A stretch of 64,000 nucleotides of DNA from Spirochaetia bacterium (GTDB taxonomy: Bacteria; Spirochaetota; Spirochaetia; DSM-16054; Sediminispirochaetaceae), in contig JAXHMY010000008.1 in assembly GCA_034520965.1 (NCBI GenBank), positions 1-64,000 of the forward strand. The letters are read 5' to 3'. The notes beneath the pieces are model-generated. The model ran no database searches. It was given only the letters and a program-made list of their open reading frames with translations, and was not told the origin of the DNA. The stretch's first letter is position 1. Each line of letters opens with the position of its first letter. Below, in pieces: positions 53,926 to 63,726 of this stretch. The translations under genes and the position numbers were made by a program.

Positions 53926-55154
53926 ATGGAAAACAAACAGCAGGTTGCTGAGATGAACAAAAACATTTTTGACAAATGCTACGACTTTAAGGAAGCTGCA
54001 GAGGCACGTACTTCGGGTATTTATCCTTTTTTTAAGCCGATTGAGCGCAGTCAAGGGACAAAGGTGTATATTGAAGGCCGCGAGATGTTAATGGCCGGCT
54101 CAAATAACTATCTGGGTTTGGCCAACGATCCCCGCCTAAAAGAGGCCGCGGAGAAGGCGGTGGAGCGCTACGGAACCAGCTGCTCCGGTTCTCGCTTTAT
54201 GAACGGCACTTTAGATTTGCATGAGCAGTTTGAGGAGAAGCTGGCCGAGTTTGTGGGAAAAAAGTCGGCGGTCTGTTTTACCACCGGATATCAGACGAAT
54301 TAGGGGCGATATCCGCGTTAGTGAATCGGGGAGAACATGTGATCACCGATAAGCTGAACCACGCCTCTATTATGGACGGGATTTTTCTTACTTTTGGTAT
54401 TCATAAACAGGTAAACCTGCACCGCTACAAACATAACAATATGGAAGAGCTTGAAAAAGTTCTTAGCAAGATTCCTAAGGAAGAGGCAAAACTCATTGTC
54501 ACGGATGGTGTCTTTTCGATGGAGGGGGATATCGTACGTCTGCCGGAGATGAAACGGCTGGCCGATAAGTACAATGCCGGGGTGTATCTGGACGAGGCCC
54601 ATGCAATCGGTGTGATCGGGAAGAGCGGCCGGGGGACCTGTGAATACTACGGCGATTCCGACCTGGCGGATTTGATTATGTGTACTTTCTCTAAATCCTT
54701 CGGCTCGATCGGCGGCTTTGTGGCCGGAGAGCCTTCGGTAGTCGATTACATTAAGCATTTTGCTCGACCTCTGATTTTTAGCGCCTCCATGCCGCCGGCC
54801 AACATTGCCGCGGCAATGCAGGCACTTGAAATTATGAAGATAGAGCCCGAACGGATTCAACGGCTGCAGGTAATAGCCGACAAAATGATCTCCGGCTTCC
54901 GGTCCCTCGGTTTTAATGTGGGAACGGCGGAAACCCCGATTGTTCCGCTTATTATAGGCGACAATAACAAGACCTTTGCCTTCTGGAAGGTACTCTTTGA
55001 GCGGGGCATTTATGTGAATCCGGTGATTAGCCCGGCGGTACCACCCAACCGTTCGCTGATTCGCACCTCCTATATGGCCATTCACTCGGATGAGGAGTTG
55101 GACTTCTTTCTAGAGGTGGCCGCGGAGGAAGGCAAAAAACTGGGAATAATTTAA
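53926..55154 (+). CDS. spt: Serine palmitoyltransferase-like PLP enzyme (frameshift near 54300)
   Basis: [49 protein letters not shown]. Confidence 0.8.
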
Positions 55155-55209
55155 ATTCCTGTTGTGATAGATTTTGTAAACAAGAATTATTGGAGTTAGT
55201 GAGGAAGAG

Positions 55210-56397
55210 ATGAGTGAAGAATTATCGTATATTTTAGTAAGCCCTTATACAATTGCTAAAAGCCGGACCGGAGGAGTTATTTCGAGGCTTCTCTCCCGCC
55301 TTGATTTAGAACTGGTTGGAGCCCAGATGTTTGCACCGACTAAGGAGTTAGCAGAAGAGTATGCGGAGCTTATCCGTACCAGCGGTACCTTTACCCGTAA
55401 AATAACCGGTGAATTGTTAAGCAACTATGTACTGGAAAGCTTTTCCCCTTCTACCCGGCGACACAGAGTGCTGATGCTGCTGTTCCGAGGAGAGAACGCG
55501 ACTCGGAAGCTTTCCGATATCGCCGGAGCAATTTATCCGGAGAACCGCGGTGTCGAGTCGCTCACCGGTGAAACGATCAGGGATACCTACGCCGATCTTA
55601 TTATGGATCATGACGAGCCCGATAAGGTGCGCTATTTTGAACCGGCTGTGCTTACTCCGCGAACTCAAGAAGTGGCTCTGCGCAACATGAAGCTGTTTGC
55701 CGACTTTATTAAAGATGAACCAACAATAATTCATAATATGCAGTATCCGGACCCGAAGCAGATAGAGCGGACTCTGGTTATTATTAAACCCGACAACTGG
55801 CGCTACGCAAGCTCGAGGCCGGGGACAATTATCGATATGTTCAGCCGCACGGGGCTGCGTATTATCGGTGTGAAGGTACATCGGATGTCGGTGAGCGAGG
55901 CTCTGGAGTTCTACGGTCCGGTAAAGAACGTACTGCGGGACAAGTTGGCACCTGTATTCGGGAAAAAGGCGGGGGAATTGCTGGAAAATGAGTTTGGATT
56001 GAAACTCAGTGATCAGACTGTCCGTTTTCTTACCGAGTCTTTCGGTGTTGAATACGCTGAAGATCAGTTTTCTCAAATAGTTGAGTTTATGTCCGGCCAT
56101 AAGCCCGAGGAGGTGCCGGTTGATGAGCTGAACGAACATGGAAATGTAAAGTGTATGGCCCTGATATATGAGGGGGAAAATGCTGTCCAGCGGATACGCG
56201 AGGTTCTTGGACCTACGGACCCAATGAAAGCTCCCGGTGGAACGGTACGGCGTGAGTTTGGACGGGATGTGATGGTAAATACAGCCCATGCCTCTGATGC
56301 ACCGGAAAATGCACAGCGGGAAATGAAAGTTATTAAGCTGGAGCAGAACAGCTGTTTTCAGATTCTAAATGACTATATTAAGAGCCAAGAAGCTTAA
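55210..56397 (+). CDS. ndk: Long (two-domain) nucleoside diphosphate kinase
   Basis: RTLVIIKPD; LGPTDP..APGGTVR; NTAHASD. Confidence 0.85.
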   Translation: MSEELSYILVSPYTIAKSRTGGVISRLLSRLDLELVGAQMFAPTKELAEEYAELIRTSGTFTRKITGELLSNYVLESFSPSTRRHRVLMLLFRGENATRKLSDIAGAIYPENRGVESLTGETIRDTYADLIMDHDEPDKVRYFEPAVLTPRTQEVALRNMKLFADFIKDEPTIIHNMQYPDPKQIERTLVIIKPDNWRYASSRPGTIIDMFSRTGLRIIGVKVHRMSVSEALEFYGPVKNVLRDKLAPVFGKKAGELLENEFGLKLSDQTVRFLTESFGVEYAEDQFSQIVEFMSGHKPEEVPVDELNEHGNVKCMALIYEGENAVQRIREVLGPTDPMKAPGGTVRREFGRDVMVNTAHASDAPENAQREMKVIKLEQNSCFQILNDYIKSQEA

Positions 56398-57677
56398 TGG
56401 AAATTTTCGATGTAGTAATTGTGGGAAGCGGACCGGCAGGTTTAGGGGCCGCTTTCGCCCTGCTTGAGAAACGCCCGGGTTTATCTATTTTGATTCTCGA
56501 CCGCGAACAGTACTCTACCGGCGGTTTGCGGAATGACTGCAAGATGAACTTTACCTTTCCAATTGGCTTTCCCCAGGAAAATTGGGAGCGGGAAGAGGCT
56601 GAGCACTACCTCGAACTGGTCAAAGCGGTACTGAAACCGAATATTTTGCCAAAAAAGAATCTACTCACCTACCAGAAGCGGGCGGAACGGCTTGGGGTTG
56701 AGCTGCTGAATGTACAGCAAACCCACCTGGGTACCGACGGAGGCTTGGAACTGATAAAGCAGCTTACCGCCCGGCTGCAGGAAAAGGATGTGAAGTTTGC
56801 CCTGAAGGAGGAGATGCACGGGATTTCCGAGTCGGAGCACGTAATTCACACCGATACACGCACTGTTGGATTTAAGTCGCTTATTGTTGCCCCCGGCCGG
56901 CAGGGCTTCCGCTTTCTGCAGAAGGTTATGGATGATCTGAACGTTTCCTATGTCGATCATATTGTGGATATCGGAGTGCGGATAGAAACCCGGGTCGAGC
57001 ACTACCCGATAGTCACCGATTATTACGATCCGAAGTTTATGTTTCCCGGCAAGGTGCGCACCTTCTGTACGAATAGCGGGAACGCGTATGTGGTCCAGGA
57101 GCGCTACCACACTCAGCATAACGAGGTGTATCACTCGGTAAACGGACATGCCTACTCAAAAAAGAGGGGCAGCGGGAACGGGCTTGCTAATTTTGCTATG
57201 CTGAAGACGGTGAGGCTGACCGAGCCCTTGGCCAGCGGTCAGCAGTTTGCCGAAATTCTGGGTATGCAGGCGGATGTACTGGGCGGCGGGCGCCCCCTGA
57301 TGCAGCGGGTCGGCGATTTTCGGCTTGGAAAACGCTCGAAAGAGAGTACCTTCAACGGTGACCTGTACGACTATCAGCCGACCCTGAAAACAGCCTGTCC
57401 CGGAGATATAAGCCTTGCAATGCCCTCGAAGATTCTGCGCGGCATTTGGAAGTCGATGAAGCAGCTGGATACCATTATTCCCGGGATTCTGCATCCCAGT
57501 ACCATTATGTACTACCCGAAGATAAAACTGTATGCCAATAAGCCCCAATATATGGATAAACATTTTCAGGTAGTAAAAGATGTCTATTTTGCCGGAGACG
57601 GGGCAGGGACCAGCCGCGGCATCACCGCCGCATGGGCCAGCGGGATACGGGTGGCCGAAGGTATTCTAAGTAAATAA
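56397..57677 (+). CDS. FAD-dependent oxidoreductase
   Basis: VGSGPAG; RTFCTN; VNGH; AGDGAGTSRG. Confidence 0.85.
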   Translation: MEIFDVVIVGSGPAGLGAAFALLEKRPGLSILILDREQYSTGGLRNDCKMNFTFPIGFPQENWEREEAEHYLELVKAVLKPNILPKKNLLTYQKRAERLGVELLNVQQTHLGTDGGLELIKQLTARLQEKDVKFALKEEMHGISESEHVIHTDTRTVGFKSLIVAPGRQGFRFLQKVMDDLNVSYVDHIVDIGVRIETRVEHYPIVTDYYDPKFMFPGKVRTFCTNSGNAYVVQERYHTQHNEVYHSVNGHAYSKKRGSGNGLANFAMLKTVRLTEPLASGQQFAEILGMQADVLGGGRPLMQRVGDFRLGKRSKESTFNGDLYDYQPTLKTACPGDISLAMPSKILRGIWKSMKQLDTIIPGILHPSTIMYYPKIKLYANKPQYMDKHFQVVKDVYFAGDGAGTSRGITAAWASGIRVAEGILSK

Positions 57678-57694
57678 CTCAGAGTATGTTATAA

Positions 57695-58201
57695 TCAGCT
57701 TTTACTGTACTCTTTGGCCAGTTCAATATATTCGGCCGTATTGCGCCTAATGGCATCTACTTCTTCCTGGGTGAGCTCGCGGGCGACTTTGGCCGGAGAG
57801 CCGATCAGCAGCGAACGAGGAGGAAACTTTTTGTGCTGAGTCACCAGTGCCCCGGCCCCTACAATACTTTCTTCTCCAATTTCCGCCCCGTCGAGCACTA
57901 TCGCTCCCATTCCGATTAGGCAATTATCGCCGATGCTGCAGGCGTGGATGATCGCATTATGACCTATAGTTACATTATCTCCAATTTTAACCGGAAGATC
58001 ATCGGCCACATGCAGCACAGTATTGTCCTGCACGTTGCTGCCCTTTCCAATGTATACCGGAGCCAGATCACCGCGAATTGAAACATGAAACCAAAATGAA
58101 CTGTCCTCCCCGGCATAGACTTCTCCGGCAATTTCAGCACTTTCGGCCACAAAGGCGGCCTGCTTTAGATTAGGCGTGTGTTCCTTATAAGTGTAAATCA
58201 T
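57695..58201 (-). CDS. Gamma-carbonic-anhydrase family protein
   Basis: SNVQDNTVLH; TIGHNAIIHAC hexapeptide repeats. Confidence 0.92.
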   Translation of the reverse strand: MIYTYKEHTPNLKQAAFVAESAEIAGEVYAGEDSSFWFHVSIRGDLAPVYIGKGSNVQDNTVLHVADDLPVKIGDNVTIGHNAIIHACSIGDNCLIGMGAIVLDGAEIGEESIVGAGALVTQHKKFPPRSLLIGSPAKVARELTQEEVDAIRRNTAEYIELAKEYSKS

Positions 58202-58284
58202 AGCGATGCTCCTTTTCAGTGTTCATTTTTTTGGCTTGACAGTGTGTACTGTAATATACAAAATAACAAAAACCTTGTGGAGAA

Positions 58285-58373
58285 TTCGCATCAAATTCTT
58301 TGCAAATTTTTATATATCTTAACTTTTGGAGGCATTCTCAATTTGGATAGTCTATCCAAATTGAGAATTGCTG
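58285..58373. repeat. Hairpin repeat element, copy 2, flanked by 10-bp direct repeat TTGTGGAGAA
   Basis: Reverse complement aligns over about 90 bp with 34961-35058; direct repeats at 58275-58284 and 58374-58383. Confidence 0.8.
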
Positions 58374-58389
58374 TTGTGGAGAAAAAAGA

Positions 58390-59529
58390 ATGAAAATTTT
58401 AATAGCTCCGGATTCTTTTAAGGGCAGCAACAGTAGTTTGAAGGTAGCGGAAGCAATTGAAGAAGGCGTGTGTCGTGTGTTTCCCGAAGCCGTGGTGGAA
58501 AAGGTTCCCATTGGCGATGGCGGCGAGGGGACAGTGGACGCTTTGGTTGAAGCAAATGAGGGCGAGATAATTACGCTTCAAGTGAACGGGCCCTTGGGCC
58601 ACCCGGTAGATTCCTTTTACGGGATTGTGGATGAGGGAACAGCGGTAATAGAGATGGCCGCCGCCTCGGGCTTAGATCTGCTGCCGGAACATCAGCGTGA
58701 CGTACTCCGAGCCTCCACCTATGGAACCGGTCAGCTTATTATGCATGCCCTTGAACAGGGAGTTGAAGAGATAATCCTGGCGATCGGCGGCAGCGCTACC
58801 AATGACGGTGGTACAGGGATGGCTGCCGCTTTAGGGTATCGGTTTTTAGATGACAAGGGCGAAGAACTGCCCCCCGGCGGGGCGGCGCTACAAAAATTGG
58901 CGAGTATCGATGACTCCCGGGTTGATCCACGGGTCCGGAAGGCTCGATTCAGGGTTGCTTGTGATGTAAATAATCCACTGTTAGGTGAACGGGGAGCCAG
59001 CGCAGTGTATGGTCCTCAGAAGGGGGCCGGACCCCAGGATGTTCAGACACTGGATGCGGCACTAAAGCAACTATCGAAGGTTGTGGAGCTGCAATTTGGG
59101 CAGAAGGTAGATGAGACTCCAGGAGCCGGTGCAGCCGGGGGCCTGGGATATGGACTGCTAGTATTTTGTGGTGCCACCCTAGAGAAGGGTATTGATATTG
59201 TACTCGATGCGGTAAATTTTGATGAGCGCTTAGAGAATAAAGATATGGTCATTACCGGCGAAGGTAAAATCGACGGCCAAACCGCCTATGGTAAAGTTCC
59301 CATAGGAATTGCATATCGGGCAAAGCAGAAGGGCGTACCGGTTCTGGTGATAGCAGGCGACATCGGAGATGGCATAGAAGCGGTGTATGATAAGGGTATC
59401 GATGCAGTTATGAGCACCGTCAATCGCGCCATGAGCCTTGAAGAGGCGATGGGAAACAGCAGGGCGCTGCTGATTGACGGTGCCGAACGTGCCATGCGAA
59501 TGATACGGATGGGCATGGACCTCTGCTGA
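58390..59529 (+). CDS. Glycerate kinase
   Basis: APDSFKGS; DGGEGT; GGSATNDGG; TGEG. Confidence 0.95.
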   Translation: MKILIAPDSFKGSNSSLKVAEAIEEGVCRVFPEAVVEKVPIGDGGEGTVDALVEANEGEIITLQVNGPLGHPVDSFYGIVDEGTAVIEMAAASGLDLLPEHQRDVLRASTYGTGQLIMHALEQGVEEIILAIGGSATNDGGTGMAAALGYRFLDDKGEELPPGGAALQKLASIDDSRVDPRVRKARFRVACDVNNPLLGERGASAVYGPQKGAGPQDVQTLDAALKQLSKVVELQFGQKVDETPGAGAAGGLGYGLLVFCGATLEKGIDIVLDAVNFDERLENKDMVITGEGKIDGQTAYGKVPIGIAYRAKQKGVPVLVIAGDIGDGIEAVYDKGIDAVMSTVNRAMSLEEAMGNSRALLIDGAERAMRMIRMGMDLC

Positions 59530-59563
59530 ACGCTGCTATGGCTTGTTCAGCTGCTCAAGCCGT

Positions 59564-60454
59564 TCAGCTGCTAAGACCGTTTAGCTGTTCAAAAACTTTG
59601 TAAAGGCCTTGGGTCCCTAGGTTTTCCAATCCCAACGCCATCGCACTGGTATAAAATTGCTGTGCCAGTGCGAGACCCGGCAGGGCAATGCCCATCCGCC
59701 GTGCCTCATCCAGGGCGATACGCATATCCTTCACGAAATGTTTGATAAAAAAGCCTGGGTCGTAATTTCCGTCGGCAATTCTTGTTCCGAGATTGTTAAT
59801 AGACCAGGAAGATGCTGCGCCCTTTCCAATAACCCCGATTACTTCGTGCAAATTCATACCGGCTTTGTACGCATACAGAAGCGACTCTACAACCCCAATC
59901 ATTGTACTGGCAATGAGAATCTGGTTGCTCATTTTGGTATGCTGTCCCTTTCCAGGGCCGCCCATATAGGCGATATTTTCTCCCATAATGGCAAAAAAAG
60001 GTTGTACCTTATCGAAATTAGCTTGTTCCCCGCCTACCATAATGGCTAAAGTACCCTTGCGAGCGCCGACATCGCCGCCTGAAACCGGAGCATCCAGGGT
60101 ATAAAGTCCCTGCTTGACTGCAATGTTGTGTATATGCTCGGCCAGGGCGGGGGTCGAGGTAGTCATGTCGATAATGTAGCTGCCTTTCCGGGCGTTTTGA
60201 ATAACTCCTGATTCTCCCAGCATTACCTCTTCGAGATCCTGTGGATAGCCCACAATAGTAAAAATGTAATCGCTTTGTGCAGCCACCTCAGCCGGACTAC
60301 TGCACCACTGTGCTCCAGCATCCACTAATCCTTTGGCTTTCGCTTGAGTTCGGTTATATACATTTACATTGTACCCAGCCTGGAGCAGGTGTCCGCACAT
60401 GCTGCTTCCCATTACTCCTGTTCCTATCCATCCAACTGTTTCCTTTTTGACCAT
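59564..60454 (-). CDS. Beta-hydroxyacid dehydrogenase (tartronate semialdehyde reductase / 3-hydroxyisobutyrate dehydrogenase family)
   Basis: WIGTGVMG; DAPVSGG; K..NQ. Confidence 0.92.
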   Translation of the reverse strand: MVKKETVGWIGTGVMGSSMCGHLLQAGYNVNVYNRTQAKAKGLVDAGAQWCSSPAEVAAQSDYIFTIVGYPQDLEEVMLGESGVIQNARKGSYIIDMTTSTPALAEHIHNIAVKQGLYTLDAPVSGGDVGARKGTLAIMVGGEQANFDKVQPFFAIMGENIAYMGGPGKGQHTKMSNQILIASTMIGVVESLLYAYKAGMNLHEVIGVIGKGAASSWSINNLGTRIADGNYDPGFFIKHFVKDMRIALDEARRMGIALPGLALAQQFYTSAMALGLENLGTQGLYKVFEQLNGLSS

Positions 60455-60620
60455 TTTGAACCTCCAAAATCATATTTACTCTGTAATAGTTTTGCATGCC
60501 CCTTTGCGGCATGCAAACCGACGAAAATAGCCGTATTCGACTATTTTCTTAATATTAAATTTGCTATAGTCTATATTACTATATTATCTTACCACGTTTT
60601 GAGAGCCAAGGGGGGGGAGC

Positions 60621-61031
60621 ATGGAAAAAATTACTCAAGAAATAAGAAAAGCGCATATGCTGGCAGTAGAGGCGCGTGGTCATGCATATGCTCCTTACTC
60701 AGGGTTCCAGGTAGGCGCCGCACTGATAGCAGAAGATGGAACGGTGTTTACCGGCTGTAATGTTGAGAATGCAAGCTATGGTGCTACTATCTGTGCTGAG
60801 CGGGGAGCAGTAATGGCTGCACATGCAGAGGGACAGCGGCGGTTCCGCGCCCTGATTGTAGTGACCTCTGCAGTGCCCCCTTCAGTCCCGTGTGCACTTT
60901 GTTTACAGGTTTTAGCTGAGTTTTGTCCGCTTGATTTTCCGGTGTATACCGCCGGAATTGAAGAGATAGGCAACAAGGTAACATTGGGCGAACTACTTCC
61001 ACATCCCTTTAACGAGGTCCCTTCTAATTAA
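60621..61031 (+). CDS. cdd: Cytidine deaminase
   Basis: YAPYS; NVENASY; CAER; PCALC. Confidence 0.95.
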   Translation: MEKITQEIRKAHMLAVEARGHAYAPYSGFQVGAALIAEDGTVFTGCNVENASYGATICAERGAVMAAHAEGQRRFRALIVVTSAVPPSVPCALCLQVLAEFCPLDFPVYTAGIEEIGNKVTLGELLPHPFNEVPSN

Positions 61032-61036
61032 GCTGT

Positions 61037-62569
61037 ATGGATAAATTATTAGAGTTCTTTGAGACACTGCTTTTATATGTGATCTACCCAAGGACAGAAG
61101 ACCGTGATAGGCGGTTGGAGCTGCGAAGAATTTGGCGTGAGCTTCGCTACATGAAACTTGACTATATTGATCAACACGGGAAAAAGATAGGCTCAAGCTA
61201 CGCCTCAAAACAATATTCCCTTTACAAATTAATTAGCACCCTCAGAAAAACTCTACAGCTTCCTGCTCAACGTCAGGAATTGTTGCAGGAATCTGATCTA
61301 TTGGAATACCTAGTCTTACATCAATGCGATCCTCAAATCCGGCGAGGGCTGAACGGTTTCTCCTACGAGTCGCTTTTAGACCGAATCACTCATGCCTCAG
61401 ACCGTGAAGCAGCATGGAAATCGGTGGAGCGGGAGTGGGCTGAAATTGTAAGGCATATCTCCGGGCTTGCACAGCAGAAGCTTAATAATGATCTTTTTCA
61501 GATGGAACTCCTGTATGGATTGATGGAGTTTGATTTTCCATCCCTTTTTAAATTGTTTGACTCGTCCTTTGGTGAAGGCCAGCCTCAGCAAATCCCCAGG
61601 TTTAGCGATGTTTTAGCGGCATTGCTGAATCAATACTTACTTGATTTCTATTTTATCACTGCCCATTTAAGGGTTACCCCGAATTTACGAATGTTACTTA
61701 TTAACCTGTTTGAGTATTACAATGAGGAAGAAACCAGCCCTCTATCGGCAGTGCGGGAGAGCATTGACTACATTGAACTACTCTTTGAAAACGAACTCTC
61801 TGAAAGTACCCACCGCTCACTCATTCAACTAAGTCAGCAAGATACAGATTTCGAACCGGAGGCGGCATCTGTAAGTCATAATTACGTTGAAGAAGTACAG
61901 ACAAAGCTTAGAAAACGTTATGAAAGTAGTCGCGACCTTGTAAAAAGGGAATTGGCCGAAGCTCAGCTCAAAGACAGCATCGGAGATTTACTTTCGGGCC
62001 ATGCTTTAGTTGATCTTCACGGATACACCCGTGAGAATGAAGAACCTTTTCTTGATCTCGGGCTGAATGGCTTTCTATATACGCTGCCTCTACAGGTAGT
62101 AAAAACATACTACCTGTCCATCTTTTCAAAGGGGCTGCTTGGTTCACTGCGGAAAATCTATGAGGATGGACATTACGAAAACAGGGAGTTTCAGCAGGGA
62201 TATGGCGAAGCTCTTCGAGAGTTTTCTGCAGTTGCGAGTCGGATAGATCACTTTGAAACTCAACTTCAACAGCAAAGCGGTGCATCCATTGAAGGTATGC
62301 AAAAAATGGCCCGCCTTAGTGGTTCTTCTTTACAGAATTTTGAGGTGATAGAGACGTTTTTAAATGACGTGAATCGGAAGGCCGTAAAAATACTGGTCTG
62401 TACCGGAAAATCGGCGGAAGAACTCCACAGGCGAATAGGAGCGATTATCGGTGACCATCGGTCTGCAAATCCCAAGTTTATATCCAACATAAGGGTAATC
62501 GGCGGTGACAGAAATCGTGATATTCTCATCCGGGTAGACCAAGCGTACCAAGAGCTGGGCTACTGCTAA
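61037..62569 (+). CDS. Spirochaete-type conserved hypothetical protein (DUF5312-like)
   Basis: Long helical ORF, FDF..LF.LFD and ISNIR motifs; possible 3' frameshift. Confidence 0.55.
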   Translation: MDKLLEFFETLLLYVIYPRTEDRDRRLELRRIWRELRYMKLDYIDQHGKKIGSSYASKQYSLYKLISTLRKTLQLPAQRQELLQESDLLEYLVLHQCDPQIRRGLNGFSYESLLDRITHASDREAAWKSVEREWAEIVRHISGLAQQKLNNDLFQMELLYGLMEFDFPSLFKLFDSSFGEGQPQQIPRFSDVLAALLNQYLLDFYFITAHLRVTPNLRMLLINLFEYYNEEETSPLSAVRESIDYIELLFENELSESTHRSLIQLSQQDTDFEPEAASVSHNYVEEVQTKLRKRYESSRDLVKRELAEAQLKDSIGDLLSGHALVDLHGYTRENEEPFLDLGLNGFLYTLPLQVVKTYYLSIFSKGLLGSLRKIYEDGHYENREFQQGYGEALREFSAVASRIDHFETQLQQQSGASIEGMQKMARLSGSSLQNFEVIETFLNDVNRKAVKILVCTGKSAEELHRRIGAIIGDHRSANPKFISNIRVIGGDRNRDILIRVDQAYQELGYC

Positions 62570-62655
62570 AAATTATGCGAAGCTATACAGTCATAGGTGA
62601 AGTACCTTTAGCAGATGACACCTGTGAAAGAAGTGCGTAGTTCATTCTTCTTTTA

Positions 62656-63651
62656 TTAAGAAAATATTTTAGCCACTGATGTAACCGCTGAAGTATCAAT
62701 GGATCCCCCCAAATTGGAGAGAACAAGACTGCTTCCATATGCGGCAGCTTCGGCGGCTGTTCTGTCTGTCGTTCCATGCAGTATTCCCGACAGATAAAAA
62801 GCTGCGTACGCATCACCGGCACCGGTAGAGTCAAGTACCTCGGTTTTATGAGGGGGTATCTCCAGAAAACCGGTCCTATGATAGATGGAAGAGCCCGCAG
62901 CCCCTTTTTTTACTACAAGAGTACCATTGGCAAGTTTCGACCTAATTTCCTCGTACCCTATTTCCAGGGAACCAATTTCTTCTTCAGTACCGAATAAGTA
63001 GGTAGTATGTGGGAGCACCGTGCTTACTATAAAGTCTCTGTTGTGCCTTACCAGTGGCGGAGCCCCTAAATCTACTGCTATCGTTGCTCCCGAGTAACGC
63101 TGCCAGTCACATACCTCTTGCAGCAGTCGGTGCCGTGGAAGCAAAAATCCTTCTACATATATGAGATGCGGATCTAACTTTTTCAGTAAGCCCTCCTCAG
63201 GGTCCTGCAGTTTTACGGCTGCCGCTGGATTGACGATTAACAACCTCTGTGCACTCTGGTAGAGGTATAGGCTGCGTCCGCAGGGCTGATCATTATAAGT
63301 GTGGGTGTAATCAATAATCCCATGGTTCTTCATCTCTTGATAAAAAAATTCTGCTGTGAGAGGGGGGGTATGTAAAATAGGAGTCTCTCTACCGCCTAAA
63401 GCACCGATAAAACCTGCGGAATGACCAAGTTGGGTTAAAATACGGATTGTATTAAAGGCACCTCCACCGGGAATAACCAGTTTGGGCTTTACGCAGGTGA
63501 GAAGTTGTTCAAACACCGAATCTTCTACATGGAAGGTTTGGCCCCAGGCAGCAGAGTCTACGTAGTGTCGTATACAGGATAGTTGCCGATTATCAATAGA
63601 GGAATACATATCAAAGATCGGATTACCTATACCGAGTAGTGTAGTGTTCAT
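62656..63651 (-). CDS. PfkB/adenosine kinase family
   Basis: GIGNPIFD; GGGAFNT; DSTGAGDAY. Confidence 0.9.
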   Translation of the reverse strand: MNTTLLGIGNPIFDMYSSIDNRQLSCIRHYVDSAAWGQTFHVEDSVFEQLLTCVKPKLVIPGGGAFNTIRILTQLGHSAGFIGALGGRETPILHTPPLTAEFFYQEMKNHGIIDYTHTYNDQPCGRSLYLYQSAQRLLIVNPAAAVKLQDPEEGLLKKLDPHLIYVEGFLLPRHRLLQEVCDWQRYSGATIAVDLGAPPLVRHNRDFIVSTVLPHTTYLFGTEEEIGSLEIGYEEIRSKLANGTLVVKKGAAGSSIYHRTGFLEIPPHKTEVLDSTGAGDAYAAFYLSGILHGTTDRTAAEAAAYGSSLVLSNLGGSIDTSAVTSVAKIFS

Positions 63652-63726
63652 CTTGCCTATTATAGAGTTCCTTTTCTTTCTTGACCACAGGGGGCAAACT
63701 CCCGTACTCTAACACAGGAGGTGAGT

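Noticed and set aside
53926..55154. BioF/KBL annotation
   Set aside because: Motifs ([19 protein letters not shown]) and the KDSR-like neighbour fit SPT better; no bio or tdh genes are adjacent.
36039..60049. Numerous long antisense or alternate-frame ORFs (e.g. 40816-41655, 51312-52127, 55417-56289)
   Set aside because: Shadows of well-supported genes in GC-rich DNA, with no motifs.
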